Below the pieces are notes generated by a model that had not been told where the DNA came from, did not search any database, and saw only the letters and a program-made list of their open reading frames with translations. Source: Diplonema japonicum (Eukaryota; Protista; Euglenozoa: Diplonemea). From it: a stretch of 64,000 nt of DNA. This document shows positions 10,053-22,481 of this stretch, one piece after another; position 1 is the stretch's first letter; every line of letters starts with the position of its first letter. The position numbers were made by a program, and so were the translations under genes. The DNA is taken from NCBI GenBank assembly GCA_964019335.1, contig OZ025737.1, forward strand, positions 1 to 64,000, read 5' to 3'.

Positions 10053-11225
10053 ATGTCCTCTTCCGCGGTTAAGGTGATCTGGAGCGGTGCTGCCGTGGCT
10101 GGTGCGTACTACGGGATGGACAGCGGTGTCATCCCCAGGCCCTCGGTATGAATAGGACTCCATTTCATGCATCATAGATCCTCCCTACCTTTAGCAAGAT
10201 GATGTGGGGCTTCGAGCTTCCCGAGTCTGAGCTGAGGAACGAGGCTTTCGTTTTCGTGAAGCCCCACGCGAACACTGATGCCGTGAGGAAGCTCGTTAAG
10301 GAGAGGCTCCAGAAGGCGGGTATTAATGTGACCTCGGAAGGTGAGATCACAGGTGAGGAGATCAATGACAACTTGTACATTGACCAGCACTACTACGCTA
10401 TTGCTAGCAAGGCTACTATCTTGAAGCCCCACGAGCTGAACGTGCCCGCCGACAAGTTCAAGGACAAGTTCGGCTTTGAATGGAGCGATGCCATCAAGCA
10501 GGGCATCACCTTCAACGCGATGGACGCTTGTGAGAAGCTTGGTTGCGACGCTGCTGAGCTTGACAGGAGGTGGGCCCAGGCTAAGAAGGATAATAAGCTG
10601 GTGAAGTTCGGTGGTGGCTTCTACTGCGGTGAGCTCACGACCGCTGAGGGCACTTCTATCTATGTGTTCAACGGATTCTTCATGTCCATGAGGTCCAAGT
10701 TCACCACCCCCGGCACCTCTATCCACTACTACACTGTTGACTTCAGCTCGAAGACCACTAAGTGGGACAGCTTCAGGAACGACGTGCTTGGCCCCACTGA
10801 CCCCGCTGAGGCGCCTGCTGGCTCCTTGAGGAGGGAGGTCTTCGAAAACTGGGAGGCCCTTGGGCTTGATGCCGTGCCCAACGTTGGGGACAACGGTGTG
10901 CACGCCTCCGCGTCCCCCTTCGAGGGACTCGCTGAGAGAATGAACTGGTTGAAGACACCTGTCTCCAACGACAAATTCGGTAGCGCAGCTGTGGAGGCGG
11001 GTGTGAGCAAGAGCACCATCAAGGCCTGGTCTGTTGACCCCCAGGTATGACTGCTATGTTCATGTTTATAACTTGACAGGTGCCCACCGGTGTTGCTAAG
11101 GAGAAGAAGTCACTCTTTGACCAGCTTGAGGACCTTGACGCCACCCCTTGCCTCAACAAGGTATCACAAAAGAAAAGAAAAAAACAAAAAAAAAACTGCA
11201 GATGGTGAGGATTTCGTCTCTTTGA
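10053..11225 (+). CDS. Nucleoside diphosphate kinase-like protein (protist long-form family), about 354 aa
   Basis: AFVFVKPH, IDQHY, LGPTDPAEAPAGSLR and NGVHASAS (catalytic His region) motifs. Introns 10146-10177, 11045-11079 and 11161-11201. Strong codon bias. Confidence 0.8.
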
Positions 11226-11470
11226 GAATGAAGTTGCCGGACTTCCCCCCTTCCTTTCTTCATTATCTCTCCATTTTGTCATTCTTGACGACAATTCATT
11301 TTCTCTTTCTTGATGTCCACTCTTTGGGTTCAGGGGTTCAATACGCCACGTGTTCAGTGTTTCTTTCACATATTTTCAATTTTATTTGGGTTTTGAATTT
11401 TGTTTTTCGCCCACTTTTAGGGTAGCTGCTTGTGACCGGGCTTGTCGCAGTATTTCTCGACAGGAGGCAG

Positions 11471-12556
11471 ATGCGCTGTGCGCGGAGATGGATGACTGAT
11501 GCAATGGCCGGTTTGTGGATTAACAACTTGAAGCCCACAGACCTGAGGGGTAGGCGTGATGAGGACAGCACAAAGGGCGATTACGTTGTTGATATTGTCA
11601 ACAAAGAATTGAAATTGTTGAAAAAAGAAGGGTGGGAAGTTGGGCCCAAGGCATATTGTAATGCTATAAGCGTGGTGGGAAGGTACGGGAAAGCAGCAGC
11701 TGCACAACAGCTGTTCGACGAAATGGTGGCCAGCAAAGTAGCGCCAGGGCGACAGGCGTACAATGGCCTCCTGTTTGCTTACGTGAACTCGAGGACCGAC
11801 TACTCCGGGGATAGGTTTCTTTCTATTTTCCAAGAGATGCAGCAAGCGTGTCCAGACCCCCCTGATGCGGCAACAGTAGCCGCAGTATTGCACGGGCTCG
11901 TAAAGAGAGGTAAACACAGGGAAGCTCTCAAGGCAGCTGAAGTATTTCAAACACAAGGAGCACCGTTCACTCAACACAGCTACAACATCCTCATCTCCAG
12001 CTGCAGTGACATGTACGAGGCTTATAAGATCGCTGACATGATGAAGGCTGCAGGGTTCGCACCAGATGAAGTGACTTATGGGTCCATGTTAAAGGTGTGC
12101 GCGAGATCCCTCGACACCGAAGCATCACGAGACGTCATGTCGGAGATGCGGAAGCGGATGACGCCAACTGTGAGGGAGTGGACAGGCTACATGACTGTAT
12201 TTAAGGAAGCAAGACAGGTCGATGAAGTGCTCAATATCTGGGAAGACATGAAGGCAGCAGGCATTACACCGAACAGTATCAGCTACGGCACAGTCATTAA
12301 GGCTCAGTGCAATGGGTTAAAAGAAACAGGCCTTGAAAAATACAAAGACAAAGCTCTGCTGCTGTTCGATGAGGCTTATGCTAACAATGCCGTGACCTCG
12401 GCAGGGCTTATCACAATCATGATGGAGCTTCACGGCTTAACAAAAAATGCTGAAGGGGCTCGAAAGGCGTTGGGGATCGCCAGAGCATCTGGGCTCAAAC
12501 TAACTGGGTATTGCAAAAAGTACTATGCTCAAGCAACTGGGGAGTCAATTAGATAG
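11471..12556 (+). CDS. Pentatricopeptide repeat (PPR) protein, probably mitochondrial
   Basis: Multiple 35-aa PPR motifs (AQQLFDEMVASKVAPGRQAYNGLL; MKAAGFAPDEVTYGSML; WEDMKAAGITPNSISYGTVI). Arg-rich N-terminus MRCARRW. Confidence 0.85.
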   Translation: MRCARRWMTDAMAGLWINNLKPTDLRGRRDEDSTKGDYVVDIVNKELKLLKKEGWEVGPKAYCNAISVVGRYGKAAAAQQLFDEMVASKVAPGRQAYNGLLFAYVNSRTDYSGDRFLSIFQEMQQACPDPPDAATVAAVLHGLVKRGKHREALKAAEVFQTQGAPFTQHSYNILISSCSDMYEAYKIADMMKAAGFAPDEVTYGSMLKVCARSLDTEASRDVMSEMRKRMTPTVREWTGYMTVFKEARQVDEVLNIWEDMKAAGITPNSISYGTVIKAQCNGLKETGLEKYKDKALLLFDEAYANNAVTSAGLITIMMELHGLTKNAEGARKALGIARASGLKLTGYCKKYYAQATGESIR

Positions 12557-12632
12557 TATCCCTCCCATTTTTTTTCATACTTAAAATGTGCTTTTACTCA
12601 TTTGATTTGAACCCAGTCAGGACGTCCCTCCG

Positions 12633-15600
12633 ATGAGTTTATATGATGCACCGAGAGTACACGGGGCATCTCCTGGGTCAGTTGCCAGCACTGCAGCGAA
12701 AGGAAAAGCAGAATTGTTGCAGCTTGCCGTGAACGAGAGCAAGGGTGAAATACAGTCCCTGCGGGCTAATGTAGGCACTTTGCAAGACACAATCTCTGGC
12801 CACGCCAGAGCCCTTCAGCACTACAAAAATCAGTTGCGTGATAAAGAGGATGAGAACAGGTCACTGCACCAAGCAGCTCATCAGTTGAAGGTGGAGCTGC
12901 AGGAATCCAGAAAAGGGAAAGACGACACGGAACGGCAGCAAATGAAGTACACCGACCTCACGCAAAAGCTCCAGATAGAGCTAGATGAAGAAAGAGCCAG
13001 GTCAAGCCGCAACATCGAGGAATTGGATCTTGTTACAGAGAGGTGCAATGCAGCAGAATTTGCACTTGAAGACCTCCGGAGGAGCCACGGGCAGCTTACG
13101 GACGAGCTCGGCAGATCACAAGAAGTGCACCGCAGACTTGACGATGAGGGGAACGCGAGGGAGATACAGTTGCAGCGCACCAGTGCCCAAGTGGCACGTC
13201 AGTATGAAGATGCTGCTAACGATGCGAGAGAGTTAAAAGCACGCAATACTGAATATCAGGTAGCTTTACAAGAACGGGAGAGAGAGCTGCAAGCTTTGCA
13301 GGAAAAGTCAAGACTGCAAGGATTGGAAGCCTTACAAGGCCAGGAGGAGCTAGGGAAACTCAGACGGCAGCTGTCTGAAGGGACGTTGCAGTCGCAAACC
13401 TTGTCAGAAAGAGTTGCAAACCAGGATCAAGCGCGCCGACAGTTGGAGGGCGAAATTGACAAATGGTGCGCAAAGCACGATGAAGCCCAAAGAAGAGCGG
13501 AGGACTTTAGCAGGCAGCTAGAGGACAGAGTGAGCGAGATCGAAAGGCTGCAACGGGCGGTTCACGGAAAAGAAGATGAAATTGAAGAGTTGCGTGAGAG
13601 GGGAAGGTTCCAGTCGTCACAGATCGGAGACCACGAGTCGTCTATCAGGAGTCTGGAGAAACAGCTTCAGGAACGAATTGAACACATTTCCTACTTAGAA
13701 GCAAAGCTTGCCGGACAGACAAAAGAGTTGTTCGAGCGCTCTTCCAAGTGCGACGAGCTGACGCGAGAGAGGTCTTCCTTCTTGCAGCAGACCGAGAAAC
13801 TAAACGCAGATTTAGACGATGCACACGCCGAGATTCTTCGTATTCGTGAAGAGACAAGTGCTGTACGTGACCAGGGAAGGGCTGACCTGGAGGAACAGAG
13901 AAGATTGGGATCAATGACGAAGGGCGAGCTGTCTCAAGCGCGTGCCAAGATTGCTCAACTTGAAGGGAAGCTCGCCACTGTTGAGGATTTTAGAGCTGAT
14001 CTTCAAGCGCAGCTTAGGGACACGGAGACACAAAATGCACAGTACCAAACTCGTCTTGCAGAGCAGCGCAAGGAACTATCCGAATGGGGGGCTGTCATCG
14101 TTAAGCTCCAAGGCGAAAAAGAGGATGCCCTCAACCACTCAGAATCCGTTGAACAGGAGCGTGCAGGGCTCGCGGCGCAAGCTAGCAGACTACAGACAAA
14201 GAACGCAGAGTACCGCGAAGAGATTCGGTTAGTCAAGGACGACCTTCAAGCCCAGCAAGACCTTGCAGGAAGGCGCGATCAAGAGCTCGAACTTTTGCAG
14301 AGGACAATTGAGGATAAGCAGATGCACATCATCACGTTAGACGAGAAGTGCGAGCGCCACAGCCAGACTCTGGCTGAGAAAATGCGGGAAATCAGATCGC
14401 TGCAACAGCAAATAGAAGACGAAAGAAATCAAGTAAGTGCTGCTGGCATTGAGATCAGCAGGCTTGAAGGAAGGATCGGAGCGAAGGAGGACGAGACCAC
14501 AGCCCTGAAAGAAAAGGTATCCACGCTTCAGCTTTTTTCAAAATCAATAGAATGTACAACTGAAAGACCAGCTTGCGAGGCTAGAGCAGCAGACAAGGCG
14601 TCTTGAGGGGCTCCCCACGGTCATCGAAACTCAGGTTTGTAGCGTTTCAAGATATTGATTAATGTTGCAGGAATCCGAGCTTGACAGACTAAGACACGCC
14701 GCCAACCGTCTTGAAGATGATAATCAGGTATGCCATGCTACTGTTCGTTCCATAATCACAACAGAACCACATTCGCTCCAACCAAATGCTGCAGCAGCAG
14801 GCGGCTGAAAGGGAGGCTAGTCGTGACACGGCAAACATGAAGATGAATGAACTGGCCCTAGAACTTCAAAATATGATTCGCAGCAGAGATGAGCTCGAAG
14901 GCCAGCTAGCAGACAAGGCTCAGGAGGGCATCAGGTTGAAGGGCGTCATTGCCCGTCTGGAGGGTAAGGTTGATGCCATGGACGATGCTCAGCACCAGTG
15001 GGAGGCGAAGTACGTGGAGCTTGACGCCGAAAAGGGAGACCTCAGAAGAGCCTTGGAGATGTCTAATGATGAAAAGGCTTTGATATCTAAAGAGTTCAAT
15101 ATAGTCAAGAGCAGGTCCGAGACATTGGAAGGTACACGCGACAGTGCTGAGCGACAGGCAAACGAAGTGTCTATGAATTTGCTGAAGATGAAGGAAGAAG
15201 TAGAGGGGTTGCGGGAAGCCAATAGCCAGCTCAACGCAGAGCTGCAACATCTGAGACAGTTGAGTCATCTGCCGCAGCTGCTGGAAGCAAAAGATCAGGA
15301 CATAGCGCGCCTGCAAGAGACACTGCACGTTTGTGAAAAACAAGCCGGTTCTAACGCCAATGCTGTCCGTGATTTAAGTGGAAGATCTACAGAACTTGAG
15401 TCTCTGTTGGGTGAGAAAGATAGAGAGATTGCAGAGATGAGGCGTAACCTTCAAAGAAAGAGCCAAGATGCTGAACAGGCGATGAACGAGGTGCTTTCGA
15501 AGACCAATGACATCAGCAGGCTGAAGAGCAACTTGGCCAGGCTAGAAGGAAGGTTTCAGGTAATGTCTGAAGCCTCGGAGGGCGAGAAAGGCAAAGCGGC

Positions 15601-16074
15601 ATTGCTTGAAGACGAACTGAGGCAGATCAGAGCCGCAGAGTCAATTTCAGGTGACAGGGCTACTCCCACTCCTTCCGCCAGATGGAGGAGTGATTCGGGT
15701 GTCAGGAAGTCACCAAGGAGGGACAGATCACCTTCGCCAGGTTTGGCCTAAATCAAACCAAAAAAAGAAAAACCACAACATTTTACAGGAAAAGATGTAC
15801 AGACGTATCGTAGGCCAAGCGCTGCGGTGCAGCCATTATCTGTTCGTCACTACTCACCTTTGAAGAGAGAGGTACTGAAATTATGCAAAATTTACAACAA
15901 CAGGAACCCACAAACACCTCTCCCAGAAGGACTTCACCAAGAAGGAATTCCAGACCCCATACCCCATCGAACACATTGTCTGGCATCACAGTTAACAGGG
16001 TGCCTTACACTCCGAGGATGGCAACTTCCGCGGTCACACCAAGATCTAGCTATTCCATGAGAAGTTATGCATAG
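12633..16074 (+). CDS. Long coiled-coil protein (cytoskeletal/basal-body type)
   Basis: Heptad-rich E/Q/L/R sequence. Introns 14517-14550, 14635-14670, 14728-14764, 15741-15788 and 15872-15903 restore one frame. Confidence 0.8.
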
Positions 16075-16256
16075 ATCATGCTGTACTTTTGTTTTAGAAA
16101 CTGTTCCTTCCTTCTTATTACACGCCACCTGTGTCCATGCCCCCTAGATGAGTACTTGTACGTTGCTTTGCTGTATAGAATAGTGACTTGTTGTTAGTTA
16201 ATTCATTCATTGACCTTCTTTTCATCTAGCTATGCAATAGGCTTGTCAATGTGAAA

Positions 16257-18928
16257 ATGTCTGCTGCAGACATCGAGCTCGCCAAGCGTGTGTTGCCGGA
16301 AGAGGAATGCAAAGACCTCTACGACCAGGACAAGCTGCCTAACGGTGTCAGCACGATAGAGGAAAAATGGAAGCTCCTCCCTGCCTTCCTTAGAATCAAA
16401 GGCTTCGTACGCCAGCACATCGATTCATTCAATTATCTGGTATGTGTTATGTGCACAAACGTAATAACAAAACAGATCGAAACAGACATGCACAACATCA
16501 TGATGGCCAACCGCGAGATTGTGAGTAGCGACCCGGAGATCAAACTAGTGTACCATAGGATCTTCGTTGAGCCGCCTTGCTACGAGGAGAGAGGCGGCAC
16601 GGTACCCATCCTTCCCAATGAGTGCCGTCTGCGGGATCTTACTTACTCTGGTGCTATCAGGGTGCTTGTATCGTACACGAAGCGGACGTCAGCCGGTATT
16701 CAGAAAACTGAAAACAAGAAAATCACGATCGGTAAGATACCGATGATGTTGAGATGCTCGAAGTGCAGGTTGAATGGGCGGAATGCAGACCAGCTTGCGG
16801 AGGCCCGTGAATGTCCTCTGGACCCTGGTGGGTACTTCATCGTGAAGGGCGTAGAGAAGGTAGCCCTCGTCCAGGAGAATCTTGCCAAAAACCGAATCAT
16901 CGTCGAGATGGACGGGAAGGGCGACTTCTGCGCCATTGTGAACTCGTCAACCCACTTGGCGAAGAGCAGAACCGTACTTGTGATTCGCCATGATCGCATC
17001 AAGCTCGTGCACAACAGTTTCACGGAAGAAATCAACATCCTGATTATTCTGAAAGCCTTGGGATGCACTCACGAGCAAGAGATCGTCCAGATGGTCGGTA
17101 CTGAGAAGGGGTTCCAGACTGTGCTCCTCAATACGATGAATGATTGCTTGCAAGCTGGTATATTCACACAGCAACAAGCTCTCGACTACGTTGGATCAAA
17201 ATTCGTTCCGGAAAACTTCAGAACGGAGCTCCAAGCAGCTCTGCATAGGAGAAAGAAATCTGACAGGGCAGCTGACTTCTTAGCAAACGTGATCCTCTGT
17301 CACATCCCAGTGCACGACTGGAATTACCGCAACAAGATCAACACTATCTTCATCATGATGCGGAGGATGTTGCTGGCTAGAGATGACCCGTCGTTGCTGG
17401 ACGATAAAGACTACTACGGGAATAAGAGGTTGGAATTAGCTGGGAGCTTGCTGTCCCTGCTGTTTGAGGATCTGTTTAAGGTGTACAACCAGCAGATTAA
17501 AGACGAGGCCGATAGCTCGTTAGAGAAAGCACAGCGTGCGAGCCCTCTTGACTTCGAGGTCCTGATGCGGAGGAATACTTCCATTACGAACGGGATGCAG
17601 TATGCCATTTCCAGTGGTAACTGGCTCATCAAGAGGTTCAAGGTTGACAAAAAAGGTGTCACGCAGGTTCTGTGCAGATACTCCTACATTGCCGCCTTGG
17701 GAATGATGACACGTGTGGCTTCAGGTGTTGATGCTTCTTTGAAGTTGGCTGGTCCCCGTTCTTTGCAGCCCTCTCAATGGGGCATGTTGTGCCCTGCGGA
17801 TACTCCTGAAGGTGAAAAGTGTGGTCTGGTCAAAAACCTGTCCCTGCTTTGTCAGGTGACGAGCACGAGCCAAGAGTCCCTCGTGGCCGACATGTGTCTA
17901 GATATTGGTGTCGAAGACATTGAGACAACTGCAGGGACGGATATCAGGAAGCACGTGACAGTGTTCATTAACGGGCACTTGCTGGGGATTCACAGATATC
18001 ACAACAGATTCTTGCGGCAGTTCAGAGAGCTCAGAAGGCGTGGGAGGATCGATGCGTTTACGTCCATCCAGTACAACGCAACCCTGCGCTCTATCACCAT
18101 CGCCTGTGACGAGGGAAGGGTGTGCAGACCCCTTATCATTGTTGAGAGGGGCGTCCCTAGGATCACAAGGAAGCATATGGATGAACTGGCGGAGGGCATC
18201 ACGAACTACTACGACTTCCTGAAAAGTGGTTTCATCGAGTACCTCGATGTCAACGAGGAAAACAACTCGTACATCGCAATGCGCGAAGAGGACATCACAC
18301 CGCAGAGTACACATATCGAGATCGAGCCTTTCACTATTTTCGGTGTCATCGCAGGGTTGATCCCCTTCCCGCACCACAATCAGTCCCCAAGAAACACCTA
18401 CCAGTGTGCAATGGGTAAACAGGCCATGGGAGCCATAGCAATGAACCAACAGGTAGTTTTAGCATATTTTCAATAATCACGTATTTCCCCTTTCACAGGC
18501 GCGTATTGACACTGTGTTGTACCTGTTGATTTATCCGCAGAAGCCGATGGTGAAGACGAGGATTATTGATCTCATTGGATTTGAACAACTGCCTGCAGGC
18601 AACAATTGCATGGTGGCAGTCATGAGCTACTCCGGGTACGACATCGAAGATGCTCAAATTTGGAACAAGTGCTCTCTGGAACGAGGTTTGGGGAGGTGCA
18701 TGCTCATGAAGAAGTTCTCTGTCACACTGCGGAAGGAGAAGCTCAGTGACAATGTGCTTGACACAGTCCCAGAAAGGGTCGAGCCCAAGCCAGCAGACAC
18801 TACAACAGGCCCTCTTGCGAAACTCGACGACGATGGCATCGTGCCAAAGGGTGCCAGGGTGGAAAATGGTGACGTCCTCGTGAACAAACATGTCCCCACA
18901 ATAGGTAAGAGATAACTTATCATAAGGG

Positions 18929-18970
<42 letters not shown>

Positions 18971-19868
18971 AGCTGTCAATCGTGAAGGGAGGGAAGTGGT
19001 CACGTACCTGCCTTCGCAGCTGAAGTTCAAAGGCACCGAGGCCGTCGTCGATCAGGTGGCGATCACGACGAGTGAAGAGTTTAAAACGATCAAAGTCTTG
19101 CTAAGAGAGACAAGACAGCCGGAGTTTGGTGACAAGTTTTCCTCTAGACACGGACAGAAGGGCGTGTGTGGACTGATCGTGCACCAAGCTGACCTCCCAT
19201 TTAACAGACTCGGCATGCCGCCGGACCTGATCATGAACCCCCACGGGTTCCCTTCTCGTATGACTGTTGGAAAGATGATTGAGATGATCAGTGGCAAGTC
19301 GGGGTTGATGGTTGGTAAACACGGGTACGCCACGGCTTTCGGTGATCAAACAGAACGTGGCACTGGTGCCGACAAGGTGCATGACATAGGGGAGCGGCTG
19401 GTGAAGGCTGGGTACGCATATCACGGCAAGGATCTGATGACATCGGGTATCACTGGTGAGCAGATGCCTGCTTATGTGTTCTTTGGCCCTATTTACTACC
19501 AAAAGCTTAAGCATATGGTGCTTGATAAGATGCACGCTCGCTCTGTAGGGCGAAGGGCCATGTTAACGAGACAACCCACAGAAGGTAGGTCTAGAGGTGG
19601 TGGCATGAGGTTGGGCGAAATGGAAAGAGATTGCCTTGTGGGCTACGGTGCAGCAATGCTGCTGAACGAGCGACTGATGGTCAGCAGTGACGAGTTCGTT
19701 ATTTATGTATGTGGTGTCTGCGGCCTTATCGGGTACTCGGGCTACTGCAAGTTCTGCAACTCGTACGACAAGGTTCACTCGGTGAAAGTGCCCTACGCCT
19801 GTAAACTTCTTTTCCAAGAGATGATGTCCATGAACATCATCCCAAGATTGAAGCTTTCAGAATGCTAG
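16257..19868 (+). CDS. RPC2: RNA polymerase III second-largest subunit, about 1153 aa
   Basis: Pol III-type [21 protein letters not shown], plus [28 protein letters not shown] and [10 protein letters not shown]. Introns 16440-16475, 18453-18498 and 18905-18972. Confidence 0.95.
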
Positions 19869-19989
19869 CAAAACTAAAGTGTTACCCCTTTGTTTTACTT
19901 CACTTCTTTCTCATTCAGAAGTAATACGAGATCATTGTACCCGCCCTCTCTGCGGCCTTCTTTTTTACACACCCAGGTACCCAAGTAGG

Positions 19990-22392
19990 ATGACGAGCTG
20001 GACGTTTGATGTGTACCAAGCGAGGAACGTGCAGGGGCGCACCTTGACTGCTTCAGAGGCACGTGCAACATGCAACCCACGTGTGAACATTGAATACGCT
20101 GGCGAAAAACTTGTAAGCACCTCACAAGCGACGAACACGCGAGACCCAAACTGGAACGAGACACTGAAGGCAGAGTCGAGGGAGGCGATCAGCAGAGGAC
20201 GTTTCAGACTGACCTTTAAAGTGGTGCACAAGCCCGAATGGGCAGGTCCTGAGGCAGCCCATACGCTCAGCTACGCAACAGTATTCGTCTCGAATGATAA
20301 CTCACGGGAGTTTAGGAAGAAGCTACTTCTCAAGTCAGACATCACACATGAGGAAAACGGGGGGTGGATAGAAGTCGGGTGGCGTGGCACGGATGTCAAC
20401 AAAAAGGAAAAAGACGAAGCAGCAGCGAAAGCAGCGATGCTACGATCGATGGGCTCCAAGTGGTCTGTGGGCGACAAGATCTTAGCAAGGGACGATGATA
20501 GCGGGACGTGGAAGACAGGCATCGTGCAGGAGATCGCCTACGACGGAACGCCAAAGGTGAAACTGGAAAAGGAACCGAAGAAAGAATCTGGAAAAGTCGC
20601 GGAAACCGATGATAAGAAAGATAAAAGCGAAACAAAAGAAGCGAAAAACGACAAAAAAGAAGAACCCAAGGAAGCAGGGAAGAAAGAACAAGAAGACGAT
20701 TCGAAGGCTAAGAAAGATTCTGCACCCAGTGAAAAGGAAAAAACGGACACGAAAAAACAAGATTCGGTGCAAAGTGCAAAACTCCTTCCAAATCAGCCTC
20801 TGACACACCTCATCAACCTGGGTTCTACGGGGCATGGCAACTCTCTTGATGCCGAACTTGTGAATTTACAAGTGCAAAAAGATGCTGCGGTAGCTGCAGA
20901 AAAATATACTGAAGCGCAGGCACTGAAGGAGCAAATCGAAGCGTACAAGTCAATGAAGCAGCAGAGCGGGGGGTGGAGGACCGAGGCACCTGTTTCAAGC
21001 CTGGTGAAAGCATGTCGCAGGATCGACTTTGAGAGTGGCAAGAGCATTGAGGCCGGGACCATCGGTGAAGTAATTGGGGGGCTCGTACGCATGGGGAGTG
21101 CCCTATTCACACCAACACCTGGCGACATCGAGTGCTACGGCGTGTCCATGCCAGGGCAGCCACATCCCCGCCCGAACATGTCTGAATCCATCCCTGTTAG
21201 ATCCTACTCCCCTGCACCTGTACCCGTTTCCATGCCTACTGTGAACTCCATGTCAATGACCTCCGGGCCCTCCAACTCTTGGCAGACGCATAACATGCAT
21301 CAACCGCAGGTAGCAGCAGCGGACATGGCCATAATCATCGTCCCTCAAGCTGAGTCATGGTCAGAGATGGTCCTGAAGCATCTCCAGCCCTCTGATACCG
21401 TAGCAACAGTCAAGACTAGGATACAGGGCATCAACGGCACACCCACATCCAACCAGTGCCTCTCGCAGCACACGGTTGATGACAGAAAGAGAAAGCTTGA
21501 TGACCGCCGCACCCTCGCAAGCTACGGCATCAGGTCAGGTGACGTTCTCACGTTGACAAACTCAAGTCGTCTTATGCATGTCGCAATCACTGTTGAAAAT
21601 AGACATAAGGTGCGCATTGCTGTTCCTCTAAATTCAAGTGTCCTTTCTCTGAAGCAGCGGTTAGCAGAACGGGAAAACATTCCTGTCTCCAAGCAAGTGC
21701 TTGAGCTTGATGGCACAGAGCTTGTTGACGGGAGCACCCTGTCCAGCTACGATATCAGCAGTGACACAATGCTTATCATGTATGAACGCAGCGGGCATCA
21801 TGTGAGTCACAAGGCCATGCACACAAAGGGATGCATGAAGCTGACTGTCATCGCAGAAACGGCTACTTCATTTAAAACGCTCACCATTGACTGCAAGAGC
21901 GACGAGAGCATCAGGAACATAAAACACAGGCTGCAGTACCAAGGAGGGCTGCATGATATAGTTACACTGAAGTACGAAGACCAGTTGCTTAGTGATGGGT
22001 ATCACCTTTCGGAGTATGGCATCACTGATGGATCTGTGGTGACTGCGCACATGGTACCACAGCTGCAGAATGATGTCCCCCATCACACCAGCGAAGTGGA
22101 CGCTCTGAAAGACCAAGTGAAGGAGCTGCAGGCTATGGTGGGAATGATGTGCCCGCAACCTGCCATCACTTCCTTGTCACCTCGTACAGACGATGTTTTG
22201 CACCACAGTAAGCAGCTACGTTCTGTGGCGGAGTCTGAAATGGCACGTGCCTCTGGTCAGCTTGCGAATCTCGACCATCCCGTTCCACGTGTCCTGGCCT
22301 CTCCCCCAAGGAGTAGGCCCGACATCATAGGAACAGACCGCTTCCGACAAATGCAGAAGGTAGTTGCAGAACGGTCTCATACCCATACCTAG
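19990..22392 (+). CDS. Multidomain protein: C2 domain, SH3/Tudor-like segment, UVR-like coil, three ubiquitin-like domains
   Basis: C2-like VYQARNV...NPRV...NTRDPNWNE. Ubl motifs DTVATVKTRIQGINGTP..Q, LDDRRTLASYGI, LVDGSTLSSYDI and LSDGYHLSEYGI. Confidence 0.75.
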   Translation: MTSWTFDVYQARNVQGRTLTASEARATCNPRVNIEYAGEKLVSTSQATNTRDPNWNETLKAESREAISRGRFRLTFKVVHKPEWAGPEAAHTLSYATVFVSNDNSREFRKKLLLKSDITHEENGGWIEVGWRGTDVNKKEKDEAAAKAAMLRSMGSKWSVGDKILARDDDSGTWKTGIVQEIAYDGTPKVKLEKEPKKESGKVAETDDKKDKSETKEAKNDKKEEPKEAGKKEQEDDSKAKKDSAPSEKEKTDTKKQDSVQSAKLLPNQPLTHLINLGSTGHGNSLDAELVNLQVQKDAAVAAEKYTEAQALKEQIEAYKSMKQQSGGWRTEAPVSSLVKACRRIDFESGKSIEAGTIGEVIGGLVRMGSALFTPTPGDIECYGVSMPGQPHPRPNMSESIPVRSYSPAPVPVSMPTVNSMSMTSGPSNSWQTHNMHQPQVAAADMAIIIVPQAESWSEMVLKHLQPSDTVATVKTRIQGINGTPTSNQCLSQHTVDDRKRKLDDRRTLASYGIRSGDVLTLTNSSRLMHVAITVENRHKVRIAVPLNSSVLSLKQRLAERENIPVSKQVLELDGTELVDGSTLSSYDISSDTMLIMYERSGHHVSHKAMHTKGCMKLTVIAETATSFKTLTIDCKSDESIRNIKHRLQYQGGLHDIVTLKYEDQLLSDGYHLSEYGITDGSVVTAHMVPQLQNDVPHHTSEVDALKDQVKELQAMVGMMCPQPAITSLSPRTDDVLHHSKQLRSVAESEMARASGQLANLDHPVPRVLASPPRSRPDIIGTDRFRQMQKVVAERSHTHT

Positions 22393-22481
22393 CATACTTG
22401 TGATTAGACAGCCTAGAATGTATTTTAGCACAGTAGTTTATATTGTTTTGCTTCCTGTTCCACTATTTGCCTGCCTAGAAA

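Noticed and set aside
10172-10903. Long minus-strand ORFs opposite genes (also 45850-46779, 59496-60476 and others)
   Set aside because: They are shadows of codon-biased + strand genes, with no motifs of their own.
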